A stretch of DNA of 64,000 nt from Pseudomonadota bacterium (GTDB lineage Bacteria; Desulfobacterota; Binatia; Binatales; Binataceae). The first letter of the stretch is position 1. Every line of letters begins with the position of its first letter. The translations under genes were made by a program, and so were the position numbers. The stretch lies in assembly GCA_021324855.1 (NCBI GenBank), contig JAJPIG010000006.1, forward strand, positions 32,344 to 96,343. Reading direction: 5' to 3'. The notes below the pieces were generated by a model, which saw nothing but the letters and a program-made list of their open reading frames with translations, did no database searches and was not told where the DNA came from. Positions 48,985-58,760 of this stretch are shown in pieces.

Positions 48985-50340
48985 CTAAGCACGTCCTGAT
49001 GCCGCGATTTTTTGAGCGGCCTCGTCGAATCCGAGCTCGTTGTCGGCAATCCAGCGGCCCATCGCGGCTAGGGCGCGCTCGGCGAACTCGGTTTTTTTGG
49101 CGCGTCCGCGGGCACGACTCCTGATCTCGGGCATCAGGCCGAAGTTCGCATTCATAGGCTGAAAATTTTCACGCTTTGAGTCGGTTATATAGGCAATCAG
49201 CGACCCGATCGCAGTCTCCGGCGGCGGCACGATGCCCTGGAGACCGATGCACATCCGTGCGGCGTTAATTCCGGCGAGCAGCCCGGCCGCTGCTGACTCC
49301 ATGTAGCCTTCAACGCCGATCATTTGGCCGGCCAGAAAAAGATCGTCGCGCGCGCGAAGCTGGAGCGTCGGGCGCATCAGGCGCGGCGAGTCGATGAAGG
49401 TGTTGCGATGCAACGAGCCGAGGCGGACGAACTCGGCGCGCTCAAGGCCGGGAATCAGGCGCAATACGCGGCGCTGCTCGGGATAGGTCATTTTGGTCTG
49501 GAAGCCGACAATGTTGTAAAGGCGTTTCAGGCGATCGTCCTGCCGCAACTGCACGACCGCGAAAGGAGTGCGTCCGGTGCGCGGATCGGTAAGCCCCACC
49601 GGCCGCATCGGACCGAACGCCAGCGTCATCGGGCCGCGTCGCGCAAGCTCTTCGATCGGCAGGCAACCTTCGAAGTAGATCATGCGCTCGAACGGATGGG
49701 CCGCGACCTTTTCCGCCGCAATGAGCGCGTCGACAAAGGCGCGATACTGCCGCTCGTCGAGCGGACAATTGATGTAATCCTCGCCGCCCTTGTTCCATCG
49801 CGAGGCCCGGAACGCGACACTCATGTCGATCGAATCGGCAGTCACGATCGGCGCGATGGCATCGTAGAAATAGAGATTGCGCGAGCCGACGATACGGTCG
49901 AGTGCCGCGGAGAGCGCCGGGCTGGTGAGCGGGCCCGTAGCTACAATCGTGATGCCCGCCGGAATCTCGGTGACCTCGCGGCGTACGATTTCGACCATCG
50001 GATCGGCGCTGAGCGTCTCGGTTAGGGCGCGCGCAAACTCCCCGCGATCGACGGCGAGCGCGGCGCCGGCAGGAACGCGGGCGCGCTCGGCGGACGCGAT
50101 CACGATGGAGCCGAGGCGGCGCATCTCCTCTTTCAGGATTCCGACCGCCGTTTCGAGCGACGCGCTGCGCAGTGAATTCGAGCAGACCAGCTCGCCGAAA
50201 AGATCGGTTGCGTGCGCCTCGGTCATCCGTATCGGACGCATCTCGTAGAGCCGCACGCGTACGCCGCGGCGCGCGAGCTGGAACGCCGCCTCGCTGCCGG
50301 CGAGTCCAGCGCCGATCACGTTGACCGCCCGAGGTTCCAT
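48985..50340 (-). CDS. trmFO: Folate/FAD-dependent tRNA m5U54 methyltransferase TrmFO (Gid)
   Basis: IGAGLAGSEAA, ELVCSNS, YFEGCLPIE, HRNTF and GVEGY motifs. Confidence 0.96.
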   Translation of the reverse strand: MEPRAVNVIGAGLAGSEAAFQLARRGVRVRLYEMRPIRMTEAHATDLFGELVCSNSLRSASLETAVGILKEEMRRLGSIVIASAERARVPAGAALAVDRGEFARALTETLSADPMVEIVRREVTEIPAGITIVATGPLTSPALSAALDRIVGSRNLYFYDAIAPIVTADSIDMSVAFRASRWNKGGEDYINCPLDERQYRAFVDALIAAEKVAAHPFERMIYFEGCLPIEELARRGPMTLAFGPMRPVGLTDPRTGRTPFAVVQLRQDDRLKRLYNIVGFQTKMTYPEQRRVLRLIPGLERAEFVRLGSLHRNTFIDSPRLMRPTLQLRARDDLFLAGQMIGVEGYMESAAAGLLAGINAARMCIGLQGIVPPPETAIGSLIAYITDSKRENFQPMNANFGLMPEIRSRARGRAKKTEFAERALAAMGRWIADNELGFDEAAQKIAASGRA

Positions 50341-50462
50341 CGCAGAAGCTAGAAGTCTAGGACCGGCGGCGCGCGGATGCCAGCGCGGGATCGATCGCTT
50401 AGGTGGCGCGCCGCGAAGTGTGCTAGCGGTTGAACGAAACCATAGGGTCGGCTGGAGCGATT

Positions 50463-51461
50463 ATGGGACTATTGGTCAATGGCGAATGGCGCGACGACTG
50501 GTATGACACGAAATCGAGCGGCGGCCGCTTCGTGCGTAGTGAATCCGCGTTTCGCAACTGGGTGACGCCCGACGGTTCACCGGGGCCGAGCGGCGTCGGT
50601 GGATTCAAGGCCGAGCCCGGCCGCTACCATCTGTACGTAGCGCTCTCCTGCCCATGGGCGCATCGCACGGTGATTTTCCGCAAGCTCAAGCGCCTCGAGG
50701 AGGTCATCTCAATTTCGTACGTCGGTCCCGCGATGGGCAATCGTGGATGGGCGTTCGACAACGGCGGAGGTGCGAACTTCGGCGCCACACCTGATACGGT
50801 CAACGCCGCGCGCCATCTTTACGAGATCTATCTGAAGGCCAAGCCCGACTACACCGGGCGCGTGACTGTGCCGGTGCTGTGGGACAAGCAGACCGGCACG
50901 ATTGTGAATAATGAGTCATCCGAGATCATCCGGATGCTCAATAGCGCCTTCGATCGATGGGGCGATGCATCGCTCGATTTTTATCCGCGCGAGCTGCGCG
51001 ATGAGATCGATCGCATCAATGCGGTGATCTATCCGAACGTCAACAACGGCGTCTATCGATGCGGCTTCGCGACCAGCCAGGAAGCTTACGAAGAGGCCTT
51101 CGATGCGCTGTTCGCCACGCTCGACGATCTCGATTCGCGGCTCTCGCGCCAGCGTTATCTCGTCGGTAATCGATTGACGGAAGCCGATTGGCGTTTGTTC
51201 ACTACGCTCGTGCGCTTCGATCCGGTCTATCACGGTCATTTCAAATGCAATCTGCGGAGGATTGTCGATTATCCCAACCTTTGGCCCTACACGCGCGACC
51301 TCTACCAGGTGCCGGGTGTCGCCGAGACCTGCGATATCAAACAGATCAAGCAGCACTACTACTGGAGCCAGGTGACGGTTAATCCCAGCCGGATTGTCGC
51401 CAAGGGGCCGGCGATCGATTTCACCGCACCGCACGATCGCGCGCGTCTCGGGATGCACTGA
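50463..51461 (+). CDS. yqjG: Glutathionyl-hydroquinone reductase (omega-like GST)
   Basis: MGLLVNG.W, CPWAHR, TVPVLWD, NNESSEI and NNGVY motifs. Confidence 0.92.
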   Translation: MGLLVNGEWRDDWYDTKSSGGRFVRSESAFRNWVTPDGSPGPSGVGGFKAEPGRYHLYVALSCPWAHRTVIFRKLKRLEEVISISYVGPAMGNRGWAFDNGGGANFGATPDTVNAARHLYEIYLKAKPDYTGRVTVPVLWDKQTGTIVNNESSEIIRMLNSAFDRWGDASLDFYPRELRDEIDRINAVIYPNVNNGVYRCGFATSQEAYEEAFDALFATLDDLDSRLSRQRYLVGNRLTEADWRLFTTLVRFDPVYHGHFKCNLRRIVDYPNLWPYTRDLYQVPGVAETCDIKQIKQHYYWSQVTVNPSRIVAKGPAIDFTAPHDRARLGMH

Positions 51462-51470
51462 GGAGGAATG

Positions 51471-52118
51471 ATGGCAACTTCATGGGGCGAGCCCACCAAT
51501 CTGCAGGAAGCAATCAACTGGGTCGATAAGGCGACCCGAGCCTCGGATCGTTTCCGCGCGGTCTGGGAAGCGTCGCATCGCCACCGCGAGCAGCATGGCG
51601 GCGATTGCACGGTCTATCCATCCAGCGACGGCCCGCTGATGGGTACACTCGCCGCGGCGGCCGGCGCGAAGCGGATTCTCGAAGTCGGATGCGGCCTCGG
51701 CTACAGCGCCTTGTGGCTCGCGTATGGTGCGGGTCAAGAGGCGCGCGTCGAGACCATCGAGGGCGATCCGTCCCATGCCGCCATCGCGGAAGGCAACTTT
51801 GCGGGCGAAGGTCTTGCAGGCCGGATTACGATCCATGTCGGACGGGCTGCGGCGGTGCTCGCGAAGCTCTCCGGACCGTACGACCTGATCTACTTCGACG
51901 GCGATCCCGCAGAAGCGATCAACGATCTCGATCAGTTCGAGCGGCTCGTTAGACCGGGCGGACTGCTAATCTCGGCCAATCTTTTTTTGGGGGTCTACAT
52001 GCCCGATATGCCGGGATTGGAGAAGACCGCCGAGTACCGTCGAAGGATCACGGACGTCAATCGCTGGATGACCGCGTGGCTCAATAGCGGCAGCAAGGCT
52101 CTGAGCGTGCGGCGCTAG
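51471..52118 (+). CDS. O-methyltransferase
   Basis: ILEVGCGLGYSALW and YDLIYFD motifs; AGGAGG RBS. Confidence 0.85.
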   Translation: MATSWGEPTNLQEAINWVDKATRASDRFRAVWEASHRHREQHGGDCTVYPSSDGPLMGTLAAAAGAKRILEVGCGLGYSALWLAYGAGQEARVETIEGDPSHAAIAEGNFAGEGLAGRITIHVGRAAAVLAKLSGPYDLIYFDGDPAEAINDLDQFERLVRPGGLLISANLFLGVYMPDMPGLEKTAEYRRRITDVNRWMTAWLNSGSKALSVRR

Positions 52119-52127
52119 CGGTCTCGA

Positions 52128-52922
52128 TCATGGCAAAATCTGGCCGCGCCGCGGCTTTTCGCAGGGCGGCAGCGTTACCATCCGGATACGTTTTCCGCCG
52201 ATAATCGAGTATGGCGGGGTCGGCGGTGGCAACCAGCACGCTGGCGCTGCGAACTGGACAAAATTATCGATGGGCGGCGGGCGATAGCGCGCCCAAAAAC
52301 CTTGGCATCGATAGTTCCCAAACTGATCGCAATACTCGAACGTTCCGCCGATCGCAAAACTCTTGCCGTTGCGGATGGCCTTGAGTTCGTCCGGCGAAGG
52401 AGTCCAGTTGACTGGCAGGTAATCAGTGTGCGTTCCCCCGCCCGGAATCACCGGGCCGGGCACCTCGTCCAATACCCCGCCGTTCGGGTCAGCGAAGCGC
52501 TCGATGTGCCGCTCGGGCGCGTGTTTCGCGCCGGGCAGCGATGACCACAGATTGATGACCAGGTTCAGCGCCGGCGTGCGGCCTGCATTGAAGAAATAGA
52601 CCTCGACGGCCGCGCCGCCGTCGGGCCGCTGCCGGAACGCAGCGACCTTGCCGTCGCGATTCCCGAGGCTTACGTAAGGACGTTCGCTCGCGATAAAGAC
52701 GCGCTGGCTTTCGCGATAGGTCGCCCAGAGCAGGAACGCCTGGACGGCAGTAATCGTCGTATAGGTGAGGATCAGAAGCGTGGTCAGGATATGTATCCGA
52801 TGGGTCCGGCGCGCCAGTTCGAGGTTCTGGCGATGGATCTCGTGCGGCGGCTCGGAGGAATGCAACGGCGTCGGCTCGATTGACGATGCCGATGCCGCCT
52901 CGCGATGCTCCCTCTCCTTCAA
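52128..52922 (-). CDS. Membrane-anchored hypothetical protein
   Basis: One TM segment, then ERPYV, N.GRTPA and Y.DQFG in a beta-rich domain with several Cys. Confidence 0.65.
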   Translation of the reverse strand: MKEREHREAASASSIEPTPLHSSEPPHEIHRQNLELARRTHRIHILTTLLILTYTTITAVQAFLLWATYRESQRVFIASERPYVSLGNRDGKVAAFRQRPDGGAAVEVYFFNAGRTPALNLVINLWSSLPGAKHAPERHIERFADPNGGVLDEVPGPVIPGGGTHTDYLPVNWTPSPDELKAIRNGKSFAIGGTFEYCDQFGNYRCQGFWARYRPPPIDNFVQFAAPACWLPPPTPPYSIIGGKRIRMVTLPPCEKPRRGQILP

Positions 52923-53010
52923 GCGATGACTATTGATCGCTTCCGAAGCGCGCCGGTCAAGGCCATCGCGGCCGGCATCAGCGGGGCGCCCGCGATTATG
53001 GTTATATATC

Positions 53011-53298
53011 GTGGCGCTGCGGGCCGACGATTTCGTCTATGCCGACCCGCCCTACGATGTCGAGTTCACGCGCTACGCGAAAGAGGACTTCGGATGGGAC
53101 GATCAGGTGCGGCTTGCGCGATGGCTTGGGCGCCATCGCGGACCCGTGGTCCTGTCGAACCAGGCGACGCCGTGGATTGTCGAGCTGTACACGGAGCTCG
53201 GCTTCGCTCTTCGCTTTCTCGATGCGCCGCGGATGATCAGTTGCAACGGCGATCGGCCGCCGGCGCGCGAAGTGTTGGCACTGAAGGGATTTGAATGA
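53011..53298 (+). pseudogene. C-terminal fragment of a Dam-type DNA adenine methyltransferase
   Basis: DFVYADPPY catalytic motif, VLSN and REVL; N-terminal SAM-binding half absent. Confidence 0.75.
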
Positions 53299-53299
53299 A

Positions 53300-53326
53300 G
53301 CGCCGCGAGGCATCGCCTCGCGGCGC
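53300..53326. terminator. Hairpin between convergent genes
   Basis: Perfect 12-bp stem GCGCCGCGAGGC-atc-GCCTCGCGGCGC. Confidence 0.55.
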
Positions 53327-53331
53327 GTTCA

Positions 53332-53871
53332 CTACTTGCTTAAAACGATGTTGCCGCTCAAGGTCCCGTAGAAGTTTCCACCAGAATCCTCATTTACCGA
53401 CATCGTGCCGCCGCCGACGGCGTTCAGAAACTTTCCCGTGGAGTGAGCGCCATCTACGGTATAAGGACCGTTAAAACCGATCAGGTCTGCATCGGTAAGG
53501 CAGTCCCAGCCATCGTATGCGATCGCTAAGGTATTCTTGATGTTCGCCGTTGTGATTGTCATTGTGCCAGCCGCCGGTTCACATAGGCTTGCTCCCACGA
53601 TTTGAAGCTCGACAATTGTTTGGGACGTGAAAGTCGATTTACCGATCAGCGTCCCTTTTCCTTTGCCATCTATTGTGAGGCAGTTGCAGTTGCTGCCGTT
53701 GCAGCCATTGGTGCCGTTGTTGCACGAAGAAGACGGCGGTGCCGATCCGATCGCGCTGAAAGTCATCGGAATCGGGGGGCCGGAGCCTCCTGCCCTCGCT
53801 TGAGGAGCTAACGCCAAACAGACAATGACCAATACAGCCGCCGTGTAACCAAAACAGAAATTACCTTTCAT
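53332..53871 (-). CDS. Secreted Cys-containing beta-rich hypothetical protein
   Basis: GGAGGAAGG RBS; signal peptide ending AQARA-like (PQARA); CNNGTNGCNGSNCNC; visibly AT-richer codons. Confidence 0.75.
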   Translation of the reverse strand: MKGNFCFGYTAAVLVIVCLALAPQARAGGSGPPIPMTFSAIGSAPPSSSCNNGTNGCNGSNCNCLTIDGKGKGTLIGKSTFTSQTIVELQIVGASLCEPAAGTMTITTANIKNTLAIAYDGWDCLTDADLIGFNGPYTVDGAHSTGKFLNAVGGGTMSVNEDSGGNFYGTLSGNIVLSK

Positions 53872-54017
53872 CGCCTTCCTCCGAGTTAACTTACCCCCTC
53901 ACGGCGCATTTCTTTTAGCCTTAAAAGTGCTCAACGTCAATTGAATATCCTGAAATCTATAGATCATAAATTAAGAGTCCTCTTTAGCAATGTTCGCACT
54001 TCGGTTTCGCTCGGCGG

Positions 54018-54046
54018 TTGCCTGCGAGGCGTATTCAGGCTACTTT
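54018..54046 (+). promoter_or_regulatory. Putative sigma70 promoter of rplS
   Basis: TTGCCT-N17-TACTTT, about 30 nt upstream of the ATG. Confidence 0.55.
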
Positions 54047-54075
54047 GGGTAGCTCGACTTTAGGTCCTGAAACCC

Positions 54076-54420
54076 ATGAATAGTGTTATCCAGAAGCTCG
54101 AGGGGCGGAGCCTCCGCAGCGACCTGCCGGAAATCCGGGTCGGTGATACGGTGCGGCTCCAGGTCAAAGTGGTCGAAGGCGAGAAGGAGCGAATCCAGCC
54201 GTTCGAAGGCGTCGTGATTCGCATCAACCGCGGCGGCAGCCGCGCCGCCTTTACGGTCCGGAAGGTTTCATACGGGATTGGCGTGGAACGGATTTTCCCG
54301 CTTCATTCGCCGCGCCTGGAGAAGATCCAGGTGCTGAACCACGGCAAGGTGCGCCGCGCCCGGCTCTATTATCTCCGCAAGCTGTCAGGTCGCTCGGCGC
54401 GTCTCAATACGACGAGCTAG
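54076..54420 (+). CDS. rplS: 50S ribosomal protein L19
   Basis: [28 protein letters not shown] and [11 protein letters not shown] motifs. Confidence 0.98.
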   Translation: MNSVIQKLEGRSLRSDLPEIRVGDTVRLQVKVVEGEKERIQPFEGVVIRINRGGSRAAFTVRKVSYGIGVERIFPLHSPRLEKIQVLNHGKVRRARLYYLRKLSGRSARLNTTS

Positions 54421-54842
54421 TCGGCCAGCGCGACGGCTTCGCGCGCTCCCGAAATCCGCAAATCCGCTTCGAGCCGCGCCCCTTCGAATACTGCCAGGCG
54501 CTCGCTCTCGATTCGGCCGCTTGCGCGCGAGCGCGGCCCGAATATCACGCGCTTTGCCCCCGCCACTTCGCCGCGCATCTCGCCCAGCACAACGAGGCGC
54601 GGCGCGCGGACCCGCCCCTCGATCGATCCGGCCTCGGTTATCACAACCATTTCGACCGAGCTGACCTCGCCGCGGAAGCGTCCTTCGATGCGCACCGGCT
54701 CATGAAACACCAGCTTGCCCGAGATGTTCGCATGCGCCCCAACCGCGACGCGCGTGCGCTCTTCGATCCACGCGAGCGTCGGCATCGCGCCAGAGTCGGC
54801 GCTTTCCGCGAATCCACGCTCGAACGCACTCAGATTGCTCAT
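54417..54842 (-). CDS. Bactofilin (polymer-forming cytoskeletal protein)
   Basis: Beta-helix repeats [21 protein letters not shown] and GEV; GAGG RBS before ATG 54842. Confidence 0.85.
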   Translation of the reverse strand: MSNLSAFERGFAESADSGAMPTLAWIEERTRVAVGAHANISGKLVFHEPVRIEGRFRGEVSSVEMVVITEAGSIEGRVRAPRLVVLGEMRGEVAGAKRVIFGPRSRASGRIESERLAVFEGARLEADLRISGAREAVALAD

Positions 54843-54881
54843 GGCCTCTAAACCTGCCGCCAACCCGCGCGTCCGGTTCCA

Positions 54882-55907
54882 TCAAGGTGCGGGAAAGACG
54901 TGACAGGCGACCGCATGCCCGCCTCTTCCCGTCTCAAGCCGCGGCACCACTGTTCGACAGACATCTTTCGCATAAGGACATCGTGGATGGAAGCTGCAGC
55001 CGGACGGGGGATTGAGCGGGCTCGGGACCTCGCCGGGCAGCTTGATGCGCTCGGGACGGCCCGCGGCGTCGATCGTGGGAATGGCGGAGAGCAGTGCGCG
55101 TGTGTACGGATGGCGCGCGTGGACGTAAATCTCATCGCGGCTCGCGAGCTCGACGATCTTACCGAGGTACATGATCGCGACGCGCCGGCTGATATGCTCA
55201 ACCACCCGCAGATCATGCGCGATGAATAGGTAGGTGAGATTAAGGCGCTCCTGAAGGTCTTGTAACAGATTGATGATCTGCGCCTGAATCGAAACATCCA
55301 GCGCCGAGACCGGTTCGTCGAGCACCAAAAAGCGCGGGTTCACTGCGAGCGCCCGCGCGATCCCGATTCGCTGGCGCTGGCCACCCGAGAACTCGTGCGG
55401 GTAACGATCGAGAGCTTCGGCGCCTAGGCCGACCATCTCAAGCAGCTCGACGATCCGCGCCTGCTTTTCCTTGCCGCGCGCGAGTTTGTGGATCTCGATG
55501 CCCTCGCCGACGATCGCCCGCACGCGCATCCGCGGGTTCAGCGACGAATAAGGATCCTGAAAGACGATTTGCATCTCCCGGCGCAACCCCCGCAGCTCCC
55601 TGCGCGTCAGCGCCGAGAGATCGCGGCCGGCGAAAATCACGCGCCCGGCGGTCGGCTCGAGCAGTTTTAGAATCAAGCGTCCGAGCGTCGATTTTCCCGA
55701 TCCCGACTCGCCCACCAGCCCCAGCGTCTCGCCCGGCGCGATTTCGAGATCGACGCCGGCTACTGCTTTGAGCGTCAGCCGCCTGCCGAAAATCGCGCCC
55801 GTCGAGCCGGCCGGAAATTCCTTTACCAGTCCGATCGTGCGCACCAGCGCCGCATCGGAAGCCGGCCTCGGCGCTCCGCCAATTCCGGGTGTTGGCAGGC
55901 TAGACAC
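54882..55907 (-). CDS. oppF: Oligopeptide/dipeptide ABC transporter ATP-binding subunit (OppF/DppF)
   Basis: [24 protein letters not shown] and HPYT motifs; C-terminal GC.FHPRC. Confidence 0.9.
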   Translation of the reverse strand: MSSLPTPGIGGAPRPASDAALVRTIGLVKEFPAGSTGAIFGRRLTLKAVAGVDLEIAPGETLGLVGESGSGKSTLGRLILKLLEPTAGRVIFAGRDLSALTRRELRGLRREMQIVFQDPYSSLNPRMRVRAIVGEGIEIHKLARGKEKQARIVELLEMVGLGAEALDRYPHEFSGGQRQRIGIARALAVNPRFLVLDEPVSALDVSIQAQIINLLQDLQERLNLTYLFIAHDLRVVEHISRRVAIMYLGKIVELASRDEIYVHARHPYTRALLSAIPTIDAAGRPERIKLPGEVPSPLNPPSGCSFHPRCPYAKDVCRTVVPRLETGRGGHAVACHVFPAP

Positions 55908-56862
55908 GAATGCACGCCACGTAATGGCCGGGGCGCTTGGCTTCAAGGGCGGGAACGATGCGCGCGCAATCGTCGATCGCACGGGGGCATCGCGGATGAA
56001 AGCGGCACCCGCTCGGCGGATTAAGCGGCGACGGGATGGTCCCCGGGATCGCCTGAAGGCGGCGTTGATGCGCGCCGTCGATACCAGGAATCGAGGCGAG
56101 CAGGCCGAGCGTGTACGGATTGAGCGGCTCGTGGAACAGCGTCGGCGTTGCAGTCTGCTCCATCACCCGCGCTGCGTAGAGAATCGTAACATCGTCTGAG
56201 TATTCAGCGACGATTCCGAGATCGTGCGTTACCAGGATGACGGCGAGACCGAGCTGGCGCTGGAGATCGCGGATCAGGTCGAGGATCTGCGCCTGGATCG
56301 TGACGTCGAGCGCGGTGGTCGGCTCGTCGGCGATCAGCAGGCGTGGCCGGCACGCGAGCGCCATCGCGATCATCACCCGCTGGCGCATCCCGCCGGACAA
56401 CTGATGCGGATAATCGCCGATGCGCCGCTCGGGGTCCGCGATGCCGACCATCTTGAGCGCATCGATCGTGCGCCGGCGCGTTTCAACGCGATCGGTCCGT
56501 TGATGGAGCCGGATAGCCTCGCCGATCTGACTGCCGATCGTGAAGACCGGGTTGAGCGAGGTCATCGGTTCCTGGAAGACCATTGCGATCTTCGCGCCGC
56601 GAATCGAGCGCATCCGGGGTTCATCGAGCGCCAGCAGGTCCTGGCCCTCGAAATGGATCGAGCCGCCGACGATGCGCGCGCGCTCGGGCAGCAGCCGCAT
56701 GATCGAGAGCACACTGACGGTCTTACCCGAGCCCGATTCGCCTACCAGACCCATCAGTTTTCCCGGTTCGACCGCGAAGCTCACGCCGTCAACTGCGCGC
56801 ACCTCTCCGGCCTCGGTGAAAAACGAGGTCCGGAGGTCCTTTACTTCGAGCAGGGGAGTCAC
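55900..56862 (-). CDS. oppD: Oligopeptide/dipeptide ABC transporter ATP-binding subunit (OppD/DppD)
   Basis: [26 protein letters not shown] and DEPTTALD motifs. Confidence 0.9.
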   Translation of the reverse strand: MTPLLEVKDLRTSFFTEAGEVRAVDGVSFAVEPGKLMGLVGESGSGKTVSVLSIMRLLPERARIVGGSIHFEGQDLLALDEPRMRSIRGAKIAMVFQEPMTSLNPVFTIGSQIGEAIRLHQRTDRVETRRRTIDALKMVGIADPERRIGDYPHQLSGGMRQRVMIAMALACRPRLLIADEPTTALDVTIQAQILDLIRDLQRQLGLAVILVTHDLGIVAEYSDDVTILYAARVMEQTATPTLFHEPLNPYTLGLLASIPGIDGAHQRRLQAIPGTIPSPLNPPSGCRFHPRCPRAIDDCARIVPALEAKRPGHYVACIRV

Positions 56863-56908
56863 GTTCCGAAAAGCGTAGCATCGCAGCGGCGGGCGTCTCC
56901 AGACGGGT

Positions 56909-57640
56909 TCACGCTCGCGCGATTTCCGAGAGGGCGCGCGCAGTTTCGATCGGATGCGTGAACATCAGCTCGTGTCCGGATTTGATCGAGCGCGTCACGG
57001 GGCGATCAAGCCGCCCCGAGAACTCCGGATGCCACACGCTCGGATGGCCCATCGCGAGGTCGTCCTCGCAGATGATGTAACCGGTCGGAAGCCCGAGCTT
57101 CGGGAAGCCGGTGAACGGACTCGGCTCGGTGATCACGCGGGTCGGTTGCGGCACCAGCGCGGCGAGCACGAAGCTCGCCAGATCGGCGGACGCATCCTGG
57201 ATGTAATATTTCGGAAAATCCTCCGGCCGCACCATCACCGAGTACGGGCCGGTCTTGATGCCGCGCGAGCCGGGGCGCCCGGGCGCGATGCGCTCCAGTT
57301 CCTTGGCGGGCGACGCGCCGTCAAGGATTACCATCGCGGAGACGAACACCACACGTTTGAGGCGCTGCGGAATTTTCTCGGCGACGCCGGAGATGGTGAG
57401 GCCGCCAAGGCTGTGGCCCGCCAGCACGACATCGGTGAGGCCGCGCTCCTCGATAAAGCGCGCGACGTAATCGACGTAGGTGGAAAGCGTCACCTGCGCG
57501 TGATCCATCGGATTGCCGCAATGGCCAGGCAGATCGGGTGCGAAACATCGTTCTCCGTTGCGTTCGAGCTCGCTCATTACCGCCCGCCAGCACCATCCGC
57601 CATGCCACGCCCCATGAATCAGGACGAAGGTTTCCGACAT
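56909..57640 (-). CDS. Alpha/beta hydrolase (esterase, methylesterase-like)
   Basis: FVLIHGAWHGGWCW, GHSLGG, D and GHE triad; GGAGG RBS. Confidence 0.9.
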   Translation of the reverse strand: MSETFVLIHGAWHGGWCWRAVMSELERNGERCFAPDLPGHCGNPMDHAQVTLSTYVDYVARFIEERGLTDVVLAGHSLGGLTISGVAEKIPQRLKRVVFVSAMVILDGASPAKELERIAPGRPGSRGIKTGPYSVMVRPEDFPKYYIQDASADLASFVLAALVPQPTRVITEPSPFTGFPKLGLPTGYIICEDDLAMGHPSVWHPEFSGRLDRPVTRSIKSGHELMFTHPIETARALSEIARA

Positions 57641-57665
57641 GATTGCGCCTCCGATGTTGCGTCGA

Positions 57666-58760
57666 TCAGCCGGCGTTTCCCGGATCGAGCCGGTCGCGCA
57701 GATGATCGCCAAGGAAGTTGAAAGACATTACGGCCAGAAAAATGAACACGCCGGGGATCAGGATCCAGGGATAATGCGCGAGCACTTGAACATCCTGCGC
57801 CTGCGCGAGCAGGTTGCCCCAGCTAGATGCCGGCTCCTGGATGCCAAGGCCGAGCAGCGAGAGCGCGCTCTCGCCGAGGATAAAGCCCGGGACCGAGAGT
57901 GTGGCGGCGACCACGGCATAGCCCAGCACCGACGGGATGACGTGCCGGACGAGCACCCGCATCCGCGAACCGCCAAGCGCTGCCGCCGCCTCGACATACG
58001 GCCGCGAACGGACCGACGCCGCCATCCCACGGATCACGCGGGCGAAACCCGCCCAACTGATGAAGCTCATGATAGCGACGATCATCACGAAGGTCTCGAC
58101 CGCGCTCAATCCGGCGGGAATGACCGCGGCGAGCGCAAGCAGGAAATAGAACGACGGCAGCGACATTTCGATTTCCGACCAGCGCATGATCAGGTTGTCG
58201 GGGAGGCCGCCGACATAGCCCGAGAAGGCGCCGATTGTGATGCCGAGGGAGAAGCTGATCAGCACGCCGACCAGCCCGACCGTCATGCTGACGCGCGCGC
58301 CGTAAACGATGCGCGAAAAAAGATCGCGCCCGAGTCCGTCGCTGCCCATCATGAAGTACGGCGCGTCGCTGCTCGCGGTGGTGAAGAGATGACCGCGACT
58401 GAAGAGATGAATGTAGGTTCGCCGCGCACGCGATTCAGTGTAGGTGCGCGCGATCGGGTCCGTCAGCGTCAGCGGATGGCTGTAGAAGAACCCATCGTGC
58501 CAGTCGGATGGCGCACTGAGATGGAGCGACATCGGCGGGCAGTCGGGAAGCTCGCGATGCTGAAGCGTCGGATCGTAGGGCGCGATCACGGGCGATGCCG
58601 CCGCCATCAGGTAGAAGAGCACCAGGCAGATAGTCGAGAATCGCACCGGCCACGACGCGCGCCGCCATTCACGCGCCAGCGCCGCGCGATAACCATTTGA
58701 CGCCGCGGCGGCGTGAGCCGCGAACTGGGCTGTACCGACCGTTACGACCGGCGCGCTCAT
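57666..58760 (-). CDS. oppC: Peptide ABC transporter permease (OppC/DppC)
   Basis: GSDGLGRD, YVEAAAALG (EAA loop) and GDHLRD motifs; ATG overlaps the oppB stop. Confidence 0.9.
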   Translation of the reverse strand: MSAPVVTVGTAQFAAHAAAASNGYRAALAREWRRASWPVRFSTICLVLFYLMAAASPVIAPYDPTLQHRELPDCPPMSLHLSAPSDWHDGFFYSHPLTLTDPIARTYTESRARRTYIHLFSRGHLFTTASSDAPYFMMGSDGLGRDLFSRIVYGARVSMTVGLVGVLISFSLGITIGAFSGYVGGLPDNLIMRWSEIEMSLPSFYFLLALAAVIPAGLSAVETFVMIVAIMSFISWAGFARVIRGMAASVRSRPYVEAAAALGGSRMRVLVRHVIPSVLGYAVVAATLSVPGFILGESALSLLGLGIQEPASSWGNLLAQAQDVQVLAHYPWILIPGVFIFLAVMSFNFLGDHLRDRLDPGNAG

